A stretch of 10,335 nt of DNA from Pseudomonadota bacterium (GTDB lineage: Bacteria > UBA10199 > 2-02-FULL-44-16 > JBDRGF01). The notes under the pieces were generated by a model. It was not told where the DNA came from. It worked only from the letters and a program-made list of their open reading frames with translations, and searched no databases. Position 1 is the stretch's first letter. Every line of letters starts with the position of its first letter. A program made the translations under genes and the position numbers. The stretch lies in NCBI GenBank assembly GCA_043818055.1, contig JBDRGF010000049.1, forward strand, positions 1 to 10,335, written 5' to 3'. This document shows, piece after piece, positions 6,459-10,335 of the stretch.

Positions 6459-7232
6459 GTGAATATTAAAAAATGTCTACTAATGGCGATCCTTACCATC
6501 TTTTTATCGTCATGTGCCAAAGATGTTCCGTCGTTCAAACAGGGAGACGCAGAGGGAGAGCTCAAAAACTGCATATGGCTGCTCCAGAATAAGAAGTTCG
6601 AGGATGGCGTACAGTGCCTCGAGATCCTCAAGGCAAGGCATCCGGGAAGCATGGCTGCCAGAGATGCTGAGCTTGCGGTCGGCGATGCCTATTTCAGAAA
6701 AAAGGACTATTTAAGCGCGGTTGAAGCATATCAGAGCTTCGTGCGACTTTATCCCACTCATCCCAAGGTTGGATACGCTTACTATAAAATAGGACTCAGT
6801 TATTTAAAGGAGAGCCCTAAAGCGATCGACCGGGATCAGACCTATCTATTCGAAGCGGAGAGGTACCTCAAAATCTCTATCTCAAGATTCGGTGATACCA
6901 ATTATCACGCCTTGGCAAAGAAATACCTGAACGACACCAGGCTGCGCTTGGCCAAAAGAGAGTTCTATATCGGAAGATTTTACTACAGGACAGGGGAGTA
7001 TATCTCATCAGTTCCGCGTTTTAGAGCTATAGTAGAAGAATATCCCGACGCAGGTTTGAACGAAAAGTCGCTCTATTATATGACTATCGCCAGCATCAGG
7101 CTCAAAGAACTGGAAGATGCCCGGGTTTCATTCACCATGCTCTCGACAAAATTTCCAAGTAGCAAATTTACAAAAAAAGCGGAGGGGAAACTTATCAGAG
7201 CCTCTGAGAAGGAAAACAAAAAAAGCGAGTAG
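6459..7232 (+). CDS. bamD: Outer membrane protein assembly factor BamD (TPR lipoprotein)
   Basis: Lipobox FLSSC; TPR repeats; BamD-type motifs YQSFVRLYPTHPKVGYAYYKIGLSY, IDRDQT and RLAKREFYIGRFYYR; SD AAGGAG before the GTG. Confidence 0.93.
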   Translation: MNIKKCLLMAILTIFLSSCAKDVPSFKQGDAEGELKNCIWLLQNKKFEDGVQCLEILKARHPGSMAARDAELAVGDAYFRKKDYLSAVEAYQSFVRLYPTHPKVGYAYYKIGLSYLKESPKAIDRDQTYLFEAERYLKISISRFGDTNYHALAKKYLNDTRLRLAKREFYIGRFYYRTGEYISSVPRFRAIVEEYPDAGLNEKSLYYMTIASIRLKELEDARVSFTMLSTKFPSSKFTKKAEGKLIRASEKENKKSE

Positions 7233-7261
7233 CCCTGGCGATTTTATTCGCGTCGGGCTGC
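7229..7261 (+). terminator. Imperfect hairpin overlapping the bamD stop (possible terminator or degenerate REP)
   Basis: GTAGCCC-tg-GCGA-ttttat-TCGC-gtc-GGGCTGC; the T-rich tract begins only several nt later. Confidence 0.35.
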
Positions 7262-7336
7262 CTCGCTTTTATGTTAATTCCAGCAAAACTAATCCTTAAC
7301 ATCGTGTGCGGATCTTTCCTGTAATATACCGATTAT

Positions 7337-7432
7337 TGTAGGGGTGGGTTTCAAACCCACCCGGAGTAGATTCACAGGCAGGTTTTCAGCCAAAGGCTGA
7401 ATCCACCTCTGGCGGAAAAACCTGCCCCTACA
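7337..7432. repeat. Inverted pair of GTAG-family REPs; the right copy has a double mini-hairpin inserted in its loop
   Basis: Left TGTAG-GGGTGGGTTT-C-AAACCCACCC (7337-7362). Right GGCAGGTTT-[TCAGCC-AAA-GGCTGA-A-TCCACC-TCT-GGCGGA]-A-AAACCTGCCCCTACA (7377-7432). Lies between convergent genes. Confidence 0.88.
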
Positions 7433-7451
7433 AAAAAACTAGCACACAGCT

Positions 7452-8495
7452 TTAATCCTTATAGGCCAGCATAACCTTTGAACCTTTAACATCTTTTGTT
7501 GTTGATATCATTACTTCAGGTGTTGACCATCCATCATCATCCTTATCCATGTTGACTATTTTGATCTCCACAACTGCTTCTGGAATACTGGATAACTGCT
7601 TTGATAAATCATTTGCTGCATAAACAGGCATTTTTAATTCTTCCTCGTGGTTATTAGGTGTACCCATGCCCTTTAGATCACTTAAAATCAGCTCGCGCGC
7701 CCTTCCGATATATGAGCTGCCAACAAGTGCGTTTTTTGTGAAAGAGGTTAGAGCATCAAGCTTCTTAAGATCGACAGTTCCATCTTCGTTATACAGCTTT
7801 ATAAATCTATCCTCATAATTTATCCTCAAGACTCTGACAAGCTCAGCAGCTTTGGAATCAGAGGTCTTGCAATAGGAGAACCTCTTTTGAAGCTCCTCTT
7901 TTTGGGTTCTGGTTATCAAACCCGTTGCTACGATTTGACCCAGGTCACTCTCAGCCTTTTTGACAGGAGTTTTAACACCCGAGAGCACTGCCCTTGCGCT
8001 AAACATCCGAAAATCAGAACCAAAGATCTTCCCTTTTAAGCCATTCAACTCTCCAAGCAATCCGGCTGAAGCTATTTTCCTGGAAGTGTTTTCATAACTA
8101 TCTTTCTGTGCAAATAATTTATTCTCATTTTTCTCCACAGCTTTTTTTGGAGAAATCTTTTTTAGAAAAGATCTTGCAACATCTTCGATGCATTTAGCAC
8201 CTTTGAATTTAGTTTTGATATCCTTAATCAATCTCTCCTTTTCATGTTCATTTAGATCTATTCTATCATACCTCTTCATAAACCAGCCTTTGAGTGCCGA
8301 CTCGAGAACTTTCGCTCTCTCAAAAGGTTTAGCGCAGATGATTCTCTGTACAACGTCATACAACCTGTCGAAACCAAATTTCTGATCTACAAGAAGCTCT
8401 GTGAGCAAATTCCCCAAAGCTCTCTCCAGGGCTTTTGCATCGCCCCCCTGATAACTACAATACAAATCGCTGCGCACTTTAGATGATACGTCCAT
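7452..8495 (-). CDS. Hypothetical protein, divergent paralog of 9197-10000
   Basis: 347-codon Lys-rich ORF with SD GGGGGT; shows gapless similarity to the neighbouring ORF. Confidence 0.85.
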   Translation of the reverse strand: MDVSSKVRSDLYCSYQGGDAKALERALGNLLTELLVDQKFGFDRLYDVVQRIICAKPFERAKVLESALKGWFMKRYDRIDLNEHEKERLIKDIKTKFKGAKCIEDVARSFLKKISPKKAVEKNENKLFAQKDSYENTSRKIASAGLLGELNGLKGKIFGSDFRMFSARAVLSGVKTPVKKAESDLGQIVATGLITRTQKEELQKRFSYCKTSDSKAAELVRVLRINYEDRFIKLYNEDGTVDLKKLDALTSFTKNALVGSSYIGRARELILSDLKGMGTPNNHEEELKMPVYAANDLSKQLSSIPEAVVEIKIVNMDKDDDGWSTPEVMISTTKDVKGSKVMLAYKD

Positions 8496-9196
8496 ATACT
8501 ACCCCCATTGATTAAAACGTTAATTGGTTATAATTCAACTGCACACAAATTACTTACTACTTTCACTTATAGATAGAGATCACCCCTTTCAGATGTAGAT
8601 TTCAAGACATCCTCCCCTTGTGTGCACCCCTACGTGTCACACTGAGTTAAATTAATGAGATTTAGATCAATAATTTTGATACTGTTAAAATGTGGTTTAC
8701 AAAAAGAAAGTCTTAGCTGTGTATCCCGGGTGATGCCTCCCCAGAATGGAAATGATTTTTGAAACTTAATTTTCTTAAGCGCATTAACTCTGCGCTATCG
8801 TTCTCTTACCCTTCCCTTCCGCTTAGTGCGAAAAGAAACAACTAAAGAGAAAAAATCTAAGAGTGATCTATTTCGAATTACAATCTTTGTCAATTTATTG
8901 AGAAATAATTTGCCAGAATTTGATTAAGAGTTGCGAATCAACAGGATCAATGATCAGAGCCAGCACATTATAATGAGAAAAGAATATCTTATATCATACG
9001 ATAAAATAATTCCCTTTGTGTGACAGGAGGTTACACATGGTGAAATAGAATAAGCTTGAGTGATGTTGATTATTTTAAAAATGCAGTCTTTATGCGCATT
9101 AGAGGCGAGTTTGTTTTATCTTAATAACAACATAATAATGAAACAAAAAAACATTATTCGCTTATAATTATGTCTGATGAGGGCTGGAACAATTTA

Positions 9197-10000
9197 TCAG
9201 ATAATCTCAATCAACAGATCGGCAACTTCGTTAATATAGTCGGCAACTCCGGGGACATTAAACACTCTGACTATAATTGCCTGAAGTGAGTCCTCGTTTT
9301 TAAAATTATGTATTATCCCAGGATATACCGCATCGAAGAGCATTTTCGCCTTTTGCGAATCTCCACTTGCGCTCATAATCTCTTTCTTGAGATCACGCGC
9401 TTGCTCCCATGTCAGAACCCGCTCCGAGACCAGCTCGGCAAGAGTTGTGTATAAGCCCTGATCCTTATCAAAGAGCTCCTTTTTCTCCTGCACCTTATTG
9501 AGTGGCGCCCAGTTAGAAAAACTCATAGCTATTGGTTTTTCTGTGATAATAGCGATTTTTTTTCTTGGAGTTGCAACTTTCTGAAATGTATCTTTATCTG
9601 TTGTGACCAGCTTTTGTTCTTTTTTATCACATAATTCAACTTCATTCACAAATGCTGTCAGCTCAACCATCGCCTCCACAGCAAAATCCCCGATCTCCTC
9701 GGACTTAGACATCGCTTTATTGATTGCAGCTTTAACATCATCATAGGTAAACTTTTTTCCATCTACTTTATTGAGGAGTCCTGCCACCCACGGTTTGAAA
9801 AACTGTGTTAAAATTCTCACTCTATCTTTATTATTTGACTGGACTATCTTATTTACTGTTGGCTCAACGATTCCGGCATCTTCATCTGTTGTAGCAATCG
9901 CAAAGAGTGTTTCCCCCAAGAGCTGTCTCATCTTTTTTATGGCTTCATCTTTATTGATAGGTTCGTAAGTGATCTGAACAACTGCATTAACTTGTGACAT
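9197..10000 (-). CDS. Hypothetical protein (267 aa), divergent paralog of 7452-8495
   Basis: Start moved from 10081 to the ATG at 10000 (MSQVNAV) for three reasons: SD AAGGAGG lies 5 nt upstream; the promoter-like motif lies within the 81-nt extension; and residue numbering then matches the paralog (Y12, V49, R60, W71, D80). Confidence 0.85.
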   Translation of the reverse strand: MSQVNAVVQITYEPINKDEAIKKMRQLLGETLFAIATTDEDAGIVEPTVNKIVQSNNKDRVRILTQFFKPWVAGLLNKVDGKKFTYDDVKAAINKAMSKSEEIGDFAVEAMVELTAFVNEVELCDKKEQKLVTTDKDTFQKVATPRKKIAIITEKPIAMSFSNWAPLNKVQEKKELFDKDQGLYTTLAELVSERVLTWEQARDLKKEIMSASGDSQKAKMLFDAVYPGIIHNFKNEDSLQAIIVRVFNVPGVADYINEVADLLIEII

Positions 10001-10028
10001 TAAGGCCTCCTTTTTGTTGTCATATACA

Positions 10029-10058
10029 TTATCGGCTGGTAGAGGGTAGAAGTTGCTA
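10029..10058 (-). promoter_or_regulatory. Putative alternative-sigma (sigma28/FliA-like -10) promoter, copy 2
   Basis: Minus strand TAGCAACTT-ctaccctctac-CAGCCGATAA, 28 nt before the ATG at 10000. Confidence 0.75.
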
Positions 10059-10134
10059 TTTTGGAAAAAAAACAAAGACAAGTAAACAGTTGCTAGTGTT
10101 TAGAAGAATTCTACTCTTAATTCTGGGCTTTTTC

Positions 10135-10335
10135 TTATTGCGACAGCATTTCTTCAAACTTCTTAAACAATTCTTTAAGCTTCTCAGGCTGGGTTCCGCC
10201 GCCTTGGGCCATGTCGGGGCGTCCGCCCCCTTTTCCGCCTATGATTGGAGTGAGTTCTTTGACTAGTTTGCCTGCCTGGAAACGCCCTTGCAGGTCTTTT
10301 GAAACGGATATTATGATAGAGACCTTATCTTCGAA
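10135..10335 (-). CDS. alaS: Alanine--tRNA ligase, C-terminal (C-Ala/DHHA1) end; enters from the right edge
   Basis: Manual translation [81 protein letters not shown] is the AlaRS C-terminal signature. Confidence 0.92.
   Translation of the reverse strand, partial: FEDKVSIIISVSKDLQGRFQAGKLVKELTPIIGGKGGGRPDMAQGGGTQPEKLKELFKKFEEMLSQ

Noticed and set aside
6440..7299. ORFs 6440-6652 (-), 6514-6714 (+) and 7117-7299 (+)
   Set aside because: Alternative-frame or antisense overlaps of bamD.
7308..7335. GGATCTT...ACCGATTA as a third copy of the sigma28-like motif (also AGTTGC at about 8929 and 10089)
   Set aside because: Mismatches, wrong spacing or a missing partner box.
8901..8915. Possible sigma54 promoter TGGCAAATTATTTCT on the minus strand
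   Set aside because: Lacks the conserved -12 GC.
10001..10081. 27-codon N-terminal extension given in the ORF track
   Set aside because: It contains the promoter motif and the strong SD, and the paralog alignment supports the start at 10000.
8188..10266. Plus-strand ORFs 8188-8385, 9771-9968 and 9994-10266
   Set aside because: Antisense to the paralog genes or alaS; short and unsupported.

Overview
Bacterial chromosomal window, probably from an uncultured delta-proteobacterial-type diderm (inferred from gene content only). The housekeeping scaffold is: the 5' part of clpB (minus strand, absent from the ORF track) with an RpoH-like promoter; a two-subunit Fe-S fumarate/tartrate hydro-lyase (alpha, beta); a DUF1844-degP/htrA pair with a terminator; bamD; and the 3' end of alaS. 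Two pairs of orphan genes are interspersed. Three things stand out. (1) There are nested short palindromic mobile repeats. Two MITE-like elements with related GAGGCTGT ends carry different REP pairs: one lies in the clpB leader, and the other is translated in frame as about 40 extra residues in the hydro-lyase beta subunit. A third REP pair has a double mini-hairpin inserted in its loop. (2) An identical bipartite motif, TAGCAACTT-N11-CAGCCGATAA (sigma28-type -10, atypical -35), lies about 30 nt upstream of two unrelated orphan genes, suggesting an alternative-sigma orphan regulon. (3) The orphans at 7452-8495 and 9197-10000 are divergent tandem paralogs sharing a segment with a CARD/death-fold-like pattern. 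No rRNA, tRNA, CRISPR array or transposase was seen. All calls were made by eye; no searches were run.
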